Positions 11,151-23,474 of a stretch of DNA of 64,000 nucleotides are shown in pieces. The notes beneath the pieces were generated by a model, which made no database searches, had not been told where the DNA came from, and saw only the letters and a program-made list of their open reading frames with translations. Position 1 is the stretch's first letter; each line of letters begins with the position of its first letter. The position numbers and the translations under genes are program-made. This DNA is from Tricharina praecox (lineage: Eukaryota), in assembly GCF_024521635.1 (NCBI RefSeq), contig NW_026250403.1, forward strand, positions 558,001-622,000. The letters are read 5' to 3'.

Positions 11151-12864
11151 ATGACAATTCAGTACCGTACCCCAGAGATGCCAAATCATGGAGAGAGCTT
11201 GGAAAGCCTTATACACAAGATTCGACAGACAAAGCACATTTTGGACATGCAGTTCTCCAATCCGACTGGCGGACGACCACTGGGAGCGGGGTGGAGTGAT
11301 CCCACCTTCGATCCAAAGGTATCTCAGCATCCAGTTCCTGTTGAGGGCCTCGACTATTGAAGCTGACCTGCGCAGCTTCATCTATCACTAGATCAGCAGC
11401 CTGAATCGAAGTACACCTTCGAAGAACTTGGAATCCAGCAGCCGGGCTCTGCTACTTCAGCGGTTGCCGCTACTTCAACGTTTCCGCTTTTCACCCCCGA
11501 GTCGATTCCTCTCATACGCAAAGCTCTCCTCAATCCACGATATCTTGATGAAACCGCCGCTATCTTTGGTTCCAAGACATTGATAGTTCGTAACACTGCC
11601 GCTTACTCTCCTTTCTTTCGCCGTATGTGGAGTCATCCATCCGTCGTCCACAAACTCTCACAGGCTGCCGGCGTTTCCCTCGAACCTGTAATGGAAACCA
11701 TGGAACTCGGCCATGCAAATATTCAGTTCGATTTTGCTAGCTGCGCTGGCATGACGAGGGAAGAGACGTTGAACAACGTGGCTCATCAGTTGACCTCCGG
11801 GCGGTTCGCGATTCCTGGAACAACCCAAGCCAAAGATAGCAGATCGTCAGGAGAAATCGACAAAGCTGCTGCTAAGAAGAGTTTGATACCTTGGCAGTAA
11901 GCTTACGTTCCATTTCATCCCCTGGAGACCAACTAAACGCTTCTCTGCAGCTTCGATTCTTACCCTTGGGTATGCGTCGCCATGGTGAGTGACACTTCAG
12001 ACATGGTCGGTGGAGAAACCGTCATTCGATGCGGCGATAATCGGCTCGTTGGGGTAGGTAATCCATCCGTTTTTATTTATTTTTACTGAGTTTTGGTCAT
12101 AGATTGCACAACCCGGTATGGGAAGTGCCATGATGCTGCAAGGTGGTCTCGTGAAGCATCTGGCATTGCCCGCCACATCTCTCCTCGACGATCGAATCAC
12201 TATCGTCACATCGTATCGAGCCAAGGCCATTGGCATTTACGATTCATCGTTCATGAGCAACATCCGTGTTTATTCGGATCTCCAGGAGCTCTATCGTCAA
12301 TGGGTAGATTACCGCCTCAACCGTTTGGAACCCGGAATAAAGAGCCTCCAGGACAAACGACGACACGTCAAAACCTTTGATGAACAAGATCTACAAGAAG
12401 AAGCCGAGGAACGAATAGTCCTCAAGGAATACGCTAAGCGCACCTTGAGACAGATGGTTCCCGAATCGATTGTGCATCCCCTTGTCGATCGCCTGGGTTG
12501 CGCCCTGTTCTATGATGCTCGAGACGACTATGTCAGTGGCATCTTGTTCGAAGGTCCTCCGAGGCCTTGCCAACTTTGCAAAATTCCTGGGGCTGTAATC
12601 GAAAAGGTTCACCTTACTGTGTGCCTTGAGAGATACACCTGGAGACCAGATAGTCCCCTCTGGAGCGATTGCTACGATACCAGCATCGTTTTGAAGGAGA
12701 ATGGGCTCGAAGCCCAGAAGCGCATGGAAGAGTTGCAGGTCAAAGAAGTCTTCAACAAATGGAAGTCTGAATGCAGACCGTGGGGAATCGTCGATGAGTT
12801 TGCAGTGCAAGGATTGGGAGAATATATCCTGGAATTTCTGGAGCTGTGTGGGTTTGAATTTTAG
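11151..12864 (+). CDS. Fe(II)/2-oxoglutarate-dependent dioxygenase-like protein; 4 exons
   Basis: Introns 11319-11375, 11897-11950, 12054-12102 restore one frame. The HxD motif PW-H-FD is formed across intron 2. Also ELGHANIQ, MVGGET, distal His in LQGGLVKHLA, and RITIVTSYR. Confidence 0.85.
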
Positions 12865-13355
12865 GTGCTCTCGAAGTTGTTTTCTTAATCTCTGCCTTTT
12901 CCTCCTTTGTTTAATGAACTTTCTATTTGATGTCTAGGAGGGTCTTTTTCTGTTTTAATTTGCCGCTCGGATCTGATTTTCTTGAAAGTGAAGGCCGATG
13001 GAGTAGGGTGTATTTATTTTTGGTGATCTTCAACGGGCTGGAGATTTCTCTGATATGGTGTGAGGAGTTCTCTTTCATGTATATTTGTCAGTTATATAAA
13101 TTTTGATGTGTATGTATGAGTGTACGCATACATGCCTTACAAACTGGAGAGCGAATTTTTTTTTGCAGCTCTGCCGGTATGCGGAAAACATCAGCAATAT
13201 CGAGTGAGCGGCTGTGAAGACAAGTCTTGGCCGATATTACCCGCCAATCATATGTTGGTCAAATCCCGACTAAGCAGTGTTTAGCGGCGAAGGACATCAC
13301 CAACTCTCGCCTCTACCTACCAATCTCCCCTCATCCACCACCAAACGCCATAACC

Positions 13356-14529
13356 ATGTCGCTGAGGCTCCCCACCCGTCTTCTTCTGTCCGGAACTCGT
13401 CGACGGGTTGTCGCCCTTCCTGTTCGGAAATTAACCCGCGCCTTCTCGGAATGCGGCGTTCGACGATCGGATGCTCTCCAGGTGGTGTGTGATCCCACTC
13501 CTCGCACCTCTTTCGCTGCTCTCTGTGCGGGAGAGCTGTGTTGTTTCCGGGAGCTCGAGGGAGATTGAGCTGTGCGCTGACGACCGGGGCAGCACAGAAA
13601 CACACCGGACAACAATCCCTCGATCCCCTTCAAGTTTACCGAACAGAACCTTCGCCTCATCGATGAGATTCTGAAGCGCTACCCGCCGCAGTACAAGAAG
13701 GCGGCGACTATGCCGCTGCTGGACCTGGGTCAGCGCCAACATGGATTCTGCTCCATCTCGGTCATGAATGAGGTGGCGAGGCTTGTGGAGATTCCGCCGA
13801 TGAGAGTTTACGGTGTGTGGCGACTATGATGGGAGAGCGGGAGAGGATGGTGGGGTCGGAATAAGGGCAATAGGCTGATTGTCGGAGTGAACAGAGGTCG
13901 CTACTTTCTACACCATGTACAACCGTGAGAAAGTCGGAAAGTACCACCTGCAGGTGTGCACGACCACACCGTGCATGCTCCAGAACTCGGACGCGGTCAT
14001 GAAGGCGATCACGGAGCATCTCGGCATCACCCCCGGCCACAGCACCGAGGACGGCGTGTTCACCTTCTCCGAGGTTGAATGTCTCGGCGCCTGCGTCAAC
14101 GGTAATCCCGCTCGCCCTCGTGGCTGCTCCCCTCCCTTCCCTCCGTCAGCTAACGCGATGTGATGTCGTATAGCTCCCATGGTCCAGATCAACGACGACT
14201 TCTACGAGGACCTGACGGCCGAGTCGGTAGTGCAGCTCCTGAACGCGCTCAAGGCCGCCGCCGACTCCCTGCCGAAGCAGTTGCCGATGTGGGATGAGCC
14301 CGCGCCGACGGGCGCCACCAACGGAAAGGGTACCGGTGCCGAAACGGGCAAGGACGCCGGTGTCAAGTCCGGCAAGGGCATCAACACAGGCAAGGGACGC
14401 AAGGTCGGCGCCGTACAGATTCCTCCTCCCGGACCCCTCAGTGGTCGGCAGACGTGCGAGAACAGCGCGGGTCTCACCAACCTGACGAGTCGCAAGTGGG
14501 GGCCGGAGGTGTTCAGGAAGGACTTGTAG
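13356..14529 (+). CDS. nuo-24: NADH:ubiquinone oxidoreductase 24-kDa subunit (NDUFV2/NuoE), mitochondrial
   Basis: Arg-rich presequence; introns 13485-13592, 13813-13894, 14102-14173; motifs [20 protein letters not shown], and 2Fe-2S ligands in CTTTPC and [11 protein letters not shown]. Confidence 0.97.
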
Positions 14530-16385
14530 ATGGATGTGCGAGGGCGCGGAGAGGCGGACCTGTGTATAGACAATTGATGGCCAATGTATGCGCAAAATAA
14601 TTGGGCAGGGCATTCATGTCTCTCGTGTCTTGGGACCCCTCACAATGGGAGGGCTCGGGCTGCCTAGATAGCAGCATTAATCCCCACCATCCGACCGAAA
14701 CGTACATACCACTGCTAAGTACCGGGACTTACATATCAATTGCCAAACGCTGCCATTGCCATCTCCAATTTCAAGGCCAAAGCTTCAATCTACATACTTT
14801 GTACTCGATCTCACGAGTCACGCTGGCGGCATTTTCCGGCAGAAGTGGGGTTTTCCATGCAGCGTCCCTCGCTTCGTTTCGGCGGCGCAACGCGCTCCTT
14901 CGTTGGTAAGCACGAGCCGCTAGCTAGGAGGCTAGGTAGTGATTTGTACTGGGATACCGTAGAGTACCGTATTGCTCCCCGCCCTATGTACCAGTGACGC
15001 CATCGACAGTCTTCCGGGTGGGTTGACTCGACGATACGGATTTGGGGGGTTCTCGAGCTTCACTTTTCTAATCCACATGGGGAACGGCAGTGCCAACTGC
15101 CAATTGCCAACGACGAGGGAGGGTGGAGGGTGGGTTAATAGTCCATCCAGGCCATCGATCCACCTCATATGTAAATACCGGGCTTGATATGTAATCCGGC
15201 GTGCTGCGGTGCAACACGCGCCGCGGATGTGAAAGCAACGGGTGGTACTTTTTCCTCCCTTCCGGTGCCGGTGACGGTGACGGTGACCGGGGCCGGGAAG
15301 GTGTGATCGATGTTGATGCGTGATGAGTCTTCTCGTAATTCACCACCGACGACCTGCGTGGGATTTGGGATTTGGGATTTGGGATTTGGGATCTAAAGAA
15401 AGCGGGGCAGGTAACTATCATACTCGTTCAATAGGTAGGCACCGTGTCTACCGGTATGTAGGCAATCCTGTCCGCCTGATCTTGCGGTTGGGTTCGTTGT
15501 CGTCGATTTGCTGGCAGGCCGGGAAAAAGCTGAAGATAATACCAAGGGAACCCATCTACCTGCTTGTCTACCTGTCTACCTGTCTATCTACAGCTTCGTG
15601 CGTGGCAGCCAGCCAGCCACGGCGATACCCTATCCGCGAGTAAGTTACGTAGGCTAAGCCGTTCCCTGAAACAGCAAGGGTATGCGAGCGAACATGGAGC
15701 TCCCGGTGCTCGCAGAACGACTTTGTAAGCCCCGATGTCGATGCTGGATCCTCCACCAACAGTCTCTGTGACTCGGGAGAGGGGGTGAGGAGATTGTCTG
15801 AGGTATCGATGTGCACTTTGGCCCTGGGTTACCTACATTATCACGATTGGGCCTTTTGCGGGAGGAAAGAGGGAAATGTCGTGTGCAGTATCATACCTGC
15901 TAGTCAGATAGAGTACCAGTATGTGTACATGTCCACTACACTACGGACGGAAGTGATGATGCCGGTCCATGTCCTCTCGTTCGATCTCCGCCGCGCCCTA
16001 GCTAACGCAGACTCCGTTGGGACCTCTCCTCTCCTCTCGGATCGAATCCGCTCTGGTGGCGCGACGATCAGTAATGGTTATGGTGGTTGACTAAGAACGG
16101 GCAGCTAAAACATCGATTCAGCTCAGGTTCCGTCATACCCATACCTCCGTGTCAGGTCCGGTCCCAAACTCCGTGACTTCCGGCTTTCCCACCACCTCGA
16201 TAGATACTTCTCCACCCTTCCAACGTACATACACACTCACACACACTCACACACGTGCTCCTGGGTGATCGTAACATGCGAATATCTCCTCCACCTCATC
16301 CCCCACCTACAACATCACCGCCTCCCTTGACGCTCCTACACACCGCCGCCGTTCCGCCGCTCGCCACCACCACCACTACAAGCCG

Positions 16386-17972
16386 ATGGCGCACCTCCGC
16401 CGCCCCGTGGTCATCTTCCTCAGCGTGCTGTTAGTGCTAGGGCTGTGGCATATCGCGATAGCGGGCCGCGTATCGCCCGACGCGTGGAGCCGCGGCGAAT
16501 ACGCTGGCGCCGAGAAGGCGCTGTCGGGGTGGAGCGCGGGCGTGTGCAAGACCACCGGCGTGTGTGCGAATTGGCTCGCCCGTCCCGGGGATCAGCCCGG
16601 CGAGATCGTCGGTGACAAGAAAGTAAAGAAGAAGTTGAGGAGGGCGCCGGAGTTCGTGCTGGATTATGGTGGGTGAGCCCCGAAAGGCTAGGGGAAGAAC
16701 GAGGGCTGATCGAGGCGCGCAGCTCCGTATGTTTATCTACATAGTGAGGAGAAGTTTATGCCCGGTGATATTGGCGAACAGTAAGTGCCCCCCCCCCCCC
16801 CCCCCCCCCCAGCTCGAGCGGGAGGATTCATAGCTGATGTGTGCGGGGAAATAGTCTACTACATACCACTCCGTTCCTAAACTACACGCCGATAGCTTCC
16901 CCTAGCGGCCATGCGACACTCCAGAATCTGGACGGATACAATACATTTGGCGACCACGTCTACCTCACATCCGACGATGACCCTTCGAATCCACCATCGT
17001 GGTTGCGCGGAGACCGTAACGTTCCGTCTAGCACCTCAGGTAGCAAGGACGATATCGGATTGAGTGCTGCTCCGGGAATCATCATTTGGACGGAGAAGGA
17101 AGGAGGAATTGTGGATGCTTTCTACTTTTACTTCTACAGCTTCAATCTGGGGAATACGGTTGCTGGATGGAGGTTTGGGAATCATGTTGGAGACTGGGGT
17201 GAGCACACACCATGGGGGAACCGATATGCCACGGTTGCTGACGATGTGATCGAACAGAGCATACCGTTGTGCGGTTCGTCGACGGCCAGCCGGTGAGCAT
17301 GTTCTTCAGCGAGCATAGTGGCGGCGCAGCGTATGAGTACGCTGTCGTCGAGAAGATCGGCAAAAGGGTAAGCCGCTCCAACCTGCCCGGATTTTGACTC
17401 GTGCAGCGCGCCCTAACCATCCCCCACAGCCCGTGACCTACTCGGCGCGCGGATCCCACGCCAACTACGCCACTCCAGGCCCCCACTACTATGCAATCCC
17501 CCTCCACCTACTCGCAGACCACACGAACAAAGGTCATCTCTGGGACCCGGTGAAGAACAACTACATGTACCACTACGACATATCGACGGACGTTCTCACA
17601 CCAGACGTCGACAACGCACGGGCTCCCGTAGCCTGGTTCCACTACGAGGGCCGCTGGGGTGACCGCTTCTACCCACTCGACGACCGCCGACAATACCGCG
17701 TCGCCGGATACCTCGCATACGTCAATGGCCCCACCGGTCCGAAGATGAAGAACCTCGACCGCGTCGAGATCTGCCAGAACGAGGGGATCTGCGTGGTCCA
17801 GCCCAGCCTGACATATCGCCTCGAGGGAGTCAAGGGCCCCGTCTCGGAGGGCGACAATGAGTGGTATGAGGAGATGATGCGCGGCGATCAGGGCGATGTC
17901 AAGGTCGAGTTTGGGGGGAAGGCCAGTGAGGCTGATGTCGAAGAGACGGATTTTAAGAGGCGCGAAGGATAG
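16386..17972 (+). CDS. VPS62: Vps62-like protein; 5 exons
   Basis: N-terminal hydrophobic anchor; introns 16669-16722, 16781-16854, 17199-17257, 17368-17429; motifs YAPYVYLHSEE, FYFYFYSFNLG, GNHVGDWEH, YSARGSHANY, GRWGD, GPTGP. Confidence 0.9.
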
Positions 17973-18284
17973 AAGGATAGAAGGATAGAAGGTAGCCCTC
18001 GAGGATTTTTGGTTTTTCCGTTTGCTTTGTGCTTTGGGTCGAAAGGATTCCCATAGACGACCCCCGTTACTCTCTACACGCATCTGTATCATAAGTTTTT
18101 GGATTTTTTTGGCATTCTGTTCTGGAGGGAAGTGTGTGTGTGTTTTCTTGGGTTCTTTTTGAATTGGATTGGATTGGATTGGGTTGATCATTGGATTGGA
18201 TTGTTTTGGCATGATAGATACTAACTGACGTATCTGCATTTTCTCGGGAGGAATTGTTTGTTTTGAGCGCTGGTTTTTTTTTGT

Positions 18285-18368
18285 CTTTCTGTTTTCTGTT
18301 GAACTTTCTGTTTTCTGTTGGACTTTCTGTTTTATGTTGGACTTTCTGTTTTCTGTTGGACTTTCTGT
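18285..18368. repeat. 19-bp minisatellite (CTTTCTGTTTTCTGTTGGA) x4.4
   Basis: Read directly, downstream of the Vps62-like stop. Confidence 0.92.
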
Positions 18369-20551
18369 ATGACGTTATGGCATTATCGCTTTGGGATTTT
18401 GGGATGAACGGCTGCTTGCTCACTGCTCAGTGTATAAATTGGACTCTCGATCACACATTGCACGCTCGTTCTTGCTCTCTCTCTCTCTCTCCCTTTGTTT
18501 GTGAATTTGTCTATGAATTTGCTAAAAAAGTCTTGGACCGTCCACAATTCTCATGATGTATGTACGGGATCGGATATCTAGCATCCCGGCCGGCATCATC
18601 GAACTGTGGGAAGAGCACCTACCTACCAGGTAGGTATATACCCGGATTCCGCCCATTCCTGTAAATCTTCACCACTTTGGGGATAATGAGGATAACTACC
18701 GTTCCGAACTGTTGGTTCGTTGGTTCGTTAGTTCGTTGGGGCTCGGCATCCTGGGATGTATGATATGTAGAGGGACCTATGACCTGGGTACATACCTACC
18801 TCGGGACATATATGCTGGGCGGATAGGCGGATGGGTGGATAGGTGGTGCTCGGTCGTGTCCGAATGTCCGAATATCCTATGTGCAGGGTTTGTTCGTCTG
18901 GGATGGGGGAGGGGGAGGGGGGGGGGGGGTGGGAGGATGGCCAGATACGGAAGGCTCAGTCGACATCAGTGATCCGGCGGCTGTGGCGGCTGCAGCCCGC
19001 AGCCTGCTGGGGGAGGGGACGATCCGGATCTAAATCCAAGTACGGATCCATCATCCATCATCCATCGGAGTGGAGCGGGAATGGGTAGTCACGGTAACGG
19101 CAACTCACGACCCACGGCTCATGCAAAAAGTATGCACTTATCTGGCCCTCTCCGTTGCCGTGATCAAACATCCTGAAGCATGAAGGATTTATGCACTCGG
19201 AGTCCTCCGGATTGCCTTTTCTGCCTTCTACCCTTCTATCGAGTCTAACTAACGACTAAACTTACAGGTGGGTATGTAGATAAAGCTTAACCTTAATTCC
19301 TCCCTTCGGTTGGTCATCGGAGGGCTTGCGGTTGCGAGGGCTGGAACCCGTGTGGCCGTGTCGACGACCATCTGAGTTCCACGTGGCGATGGACTTCATC
19401 CTCTCTACATACCGGTACCCCTTCGAGGCTCTCCTTCAAAAACTTAGGTATTCCAGCTTGGAAGGCGGCGCTCCCCGGTCCACTGGCCGTGCATGTTGGG
19501 TGAATTTGTGTTCTTAACTTATGGCCAGAGGTTGGCGTAAGTGAATAGGTAGAGCAGAGGTGGTTAATCGATGAAAGGGTAATTTACCTTACCATGCCTA
19601 CTCAAAATCGGGAGGATGATTTGGATGTTGAGTGTGGTAATGTGGTGCTGGAGTTGACTTGGCCACCATTGAGTCTGGTTACGGGGTGCAGATGGAGGAG
19701 TTCCAAGACCTTGGAATGAGGAAGGATTCCAAGTCGAAATCGGGATTACTGACGGCCTTGTGGTGGGCTCGCAACCGCAGTGTGGATAGTAGATCCAGAT
19801 CTAAATCCAGACTCAAGATCTGGCCAGCCCCATCATAGAGTTTAGAGTAGCAACTCGATGATAGCCTTTGATAGAATAACTAAAGGCGGCAGCGACCTTA
19901 CCGGCGGACCGTTGTGACGAGCATTTGAGCTTCGGTTCATTAACCGCTTTCGCCGTTGGGGCCTGTGGCGTTCTATTCACCCTTCCATCGTCTCGCCTCG
20001 TCTCGTCCGGCCGTTTCACTGTACTTCAATTGCGCTTGCCCAATCTCACTCGAATACTCTAGCGAAGCTCTTCCCCCCTGAGATGCGAGCGGTATCCAGT
20101 TGGAACGAGGCTAACAATGGCCGATAATCACTGTTTGGACTCTGGAAGCCATCGAATTTAAACGCGCGGCTCACAGGCTCCGCAACTACTAGCAGCTAAG
20201 CGTGAAACAACGGGTCGAGTGACTGGCAATGGTTCTTCCAGAATCCAGACTCCACTGTCCGCACACGAAGCTCGTCAACGCAGTAACTATCGTCGGGCCC
20301 AGTAGCTCAGCGATGTACGGGTTTGCAGTACGAACTTTAACTACTTGGAAAACTTTAACATTGAGTTCTAGGTTTTTTTTTGGCACGAGCGTCATAACTT
20401 TTTAAACTCACGGCCACAGCCAAGCTCAAAAAGCGGGCACTCTCTGGCTGGTGCTCTTGTTAACCTTCTCTCGCTTCTTTTACTTCTACTTCTTCTTCAA
20501 CCCACAATCACCTCATACTCATCTTCTATCCACCACAAGACAGACCTCACA

Positions 20552-20988
20552 ATGTCCTCCTCCTCGCGAAGAGCCGCCCAGCCAGTCCGACCAGCCCAAC
20601 CAGTCCGACCACCTCAACCAGCCCAACCAGCCACTGCCGACACCAACGCAGCAGTTAGCGGCCCTCTCGAAAAGGGTAACACTCACCTCTCGCCTCTCAC
20701 TGAGCATTGAGCACTCGCTAAAATCCACAATCCACTCCAGGAAAATTCCGCACCGCCGTCGAGCTAGGCAAGTACATCGCCGGGGGAATCAACCAGGCAG
20801 AGTTGATGCAGCTATGCTGGACCGACGAGTACGACCATTTCTATCCGCCCATCACGCGGGACCAGGAGAGTTTCCGCGCGTGCTCGAAGGAGTGCCAGGC
20901 ACATACGCGGCGCGTCGTGATCGATTACTTGGTTTCACAGCTATATCTCGACGGAGAGCTGTCGTATTGGGATTTCGCGGATCATTGA
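20552..20988 (+). CDS. Small hypothetical protein or pseudogene (2 exons, ~123 aa)
   Basis: cacaATG start, QPVRP-repeat exon 20552-20675, intron 20676-20740 (GTAACA...GCTAAA...CAG), and an in-frame exon GKFRTAVELGKY...WDFADH ending in TGA. The frame stays open another 69 codons to 21198. No family recognised. Confidence 0.4.
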
Positions 20989-21925
20989 AGGCGAAGAGAG
21001 CGGCCGGCCTGTCTGATGGCCGGATTTTGTTGCGAGCGGGACAGGGGGCTTCTAGGGGATTTTCGAAGGATGCACTTAGCGATTCCGCAAGCGGGAAGTT
21101 ATGCCCTGGCGATCATTTCTGTTACTTATTTTGGACAAATGTTCTTGCCACCTTCTTCAAGCTCGAAAGACGACGCCATGGTTCGCCGATCCGAGTGATG
21201 TCATATGATGTACATGTTCTTGCATCACGGCCCCCATCTTTCATCCTGGTACTGGATAACGCGTTGAAACCTAGGTTGGCGGTGTGACACCGCCACCGAG
21301 GTACTCGAAGTAAGTACCCTCTATTCTCGAGCGAATACCATGTACGAGTAGAGTACGTCGAGGGTATGCTTGATACATTGGGCCAAAACCTGCTCTCGGT
21401 GCCGCGCGTACACGACCAACCGGGGAGCAAACCGCAAGCCACGTTACATCGATCGTTCGCCCACTGGATTTTCTCGCGCCCCCCCCCCCCCCATGCGTTT
21501 CTTTCTTTTAAGGATAACTCTGTTCATAGGCCATGGCCGTTTCCGACGATGCATCCGGATAGGTATGCGGGAATCTCTTTGTTCCCCTGTGCATAGCAAT
21601 TGTTAGAAAGTGGTGGTGGTAGTGGTGGTAGCATGGTGGCCAACAGCGTTGTGTTTGGAGCTAGACGTATTCCATCCGTACATATAGTACCGTACATAAG
21701 TGACATGACTGCCCGTAACTGGATCAAGGCGGATCCTTCCCTGTCTCACAGCCACACCTCCGCAGCGATCATTCATTGCACTTATATAACTCCCGGGTGC
21801 GCGCGCGCCCTCGTTCGTTCGTTGCACGTACTTCCGTCGCGGGAAGATTACACCGATCGACACCCCAAATTTCACTTTGCCGACACAGACAGGCAGACAA
21901 TCCACAGCTACATATAGTTGTAGCA

Positions 21926-23195
21926 ATGTTCGATTCCGGCCTCGCTCAACGACGCAGCCTCGGCTACTACTACTTATACCTACTTTCTCTCGCCGCGATA
22001 ATAGCGCACGTACACGGGATCGAAGCGCCATGGCCCAGTGCGACGGCGACTCCGAGCGCGGATCAGCGGCCGATGGCAGAGTGGATGGGGTTCTCGCCGA
22101 AACCGACGGAACCGCCCAGGATACGCGGGAGAATGGCCGCGGACGCTTTGTTCGCAAGGGCTGATACCGATAATGCGGTTTTCTGCGGATATGTGTCGGC
22201 GAATCCTTGTGCGTATATATCCGGCGATGTCCTTGCACCGGGGGGAGGGAGGGAAGGGAAGGAAATATTTCACGGAAGCTGATATTGGTGGCCCACAGCG
22301 AGTCCAGTCGCCTGCGCGGATTTTCGTCGGATATGTATGTTCAACACCGTCATTGGCGCCGTCGGATGCTGCGAGAACGTGGATGCGCCTGCGGAATCGT
22401 GTTCGCAGTACACCAGCTGCGTGAACAGGCGCGATGTCTCGAGCTGTGCCGGCGGTTGCTCGGCCAATCCTCTGGTCGTTACATGGTACATAGCACACAT
22501 CGAGTCCATCCGTCAGCCGTATGTACGGGTCCCAGTGCTGATCTCCAAGCAGTTCGGACACGGCTTCACCTTCTTGCTGGACATATGCGTGGATTACGGG
22601 CATGTCGTCGTTGGGATGCGGCGCAAGCTCTTTCTCCGCCTCGGTCGCAGTCACCTATTTGGGCCAGGTAAGAACCACAGCTGCGAGCACAACCGCCAGT
22701 ACGACGGCGACCAGCACTCCAGCCAGTGGCGGCAGCTCTGACGGCGGGGGCGCCAACATCGGCGCGATTGCGGGCGGCGCGGTGGGCGGCCTCGCAGTGC
22801 TCATGGGCCTCATCGTCGGGCTGGTATACTTCCTTCCAAAATTCCGCCGGAAGCAAGCCGAAGGCGGTGAGAAGGGCGGAGCACCACCACAGATGCCCAC
22901 TCAACAACAGTGGATGCACGATCCCAGTGTGTACTCGTCGAGCACCGCTACGCCCATGTATGGGGCGCCCCCCTACAGCAGTCCATTGGACGAGAACAGC
23001 CCGCTCCCAAAAGTGGGAGCTTATCACGGACAAAACGCGGAACACTCGCCGCTAGAACTTGCGGGGAACGCGCGCAGCGAGCTTCCCTCGGAACCGTTTG
23101 ATCCGCCATCACCGCCGCCGCCACTTCGCCCACTGCTACAACAAGAACCCGCACGAGAGCCGGGGGCAACACTTTTCCCCCCACCCGCATCTTGA
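21926..23195 (+). CDS. Cys-rich ectodomain, Ser/Thr-rich stalk, single-pass membrane protein; 3 exons
   Basis: N-terminal hydrophobic segment; introns 22209-22298 and 22486-22549; motifs GFSPKPTEPP, CGYVS, GCC, Cys cluster; TM GAIAGGAVGGLAVLMGLIVGLVYFL followed by RRK; Pro-rich tail. Confidence 0.8.
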
Positions 23196-23434
23196 ACTAT
23201 TTTTCCTGTATATATATTTTTTCTGAACGGAACGGATGGAACGGCGTCCGTGCCATTTATGATTTATTCCTGTCGATCTTTTTTGGCTTTTTGGCTTTTT
23301 GGCGTTGGTCGGTCGGTTGCGGGGGTTGTCGGTTTTTTCTTTAATGTTTATATATGGGGATATCTATCTGGGGATTCTGAGGGCGCAGTACGGTACTGTG
23401 GTTAATTTCATACGATACGATACGGGGAACGTTC

Positions 23435-23474
23435 GCTTGTGCTTGTGCTTGTGCTTGTGCTTGTGCTTGTGCTT
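23435..23474. repeat. (GCTTGT)6 microsatellite
   Basis: Read directly. Confidence 0.95.

Noticed and set aside
18219..18225. Perfect TACTAAC in the Vps62-like 3' region suggesting a 3' UTR intron
   Set aside because: No YAG acceptor at a normal distance.
17508..18239. 243-aa minus-strand ORF, and similar long antisense ORFs at 25513-26490, 38461-39231, 39366-40572 and 59333-60118
   Set aside because: Shadows of GC-rich real genes on the opposite strand, or read through low-complexity UTRs.
20451..21287. 278-aa plus-strand ORF
   Set aside because: GTG start and no motif; the spliced model in another frame has better start and splice signals.
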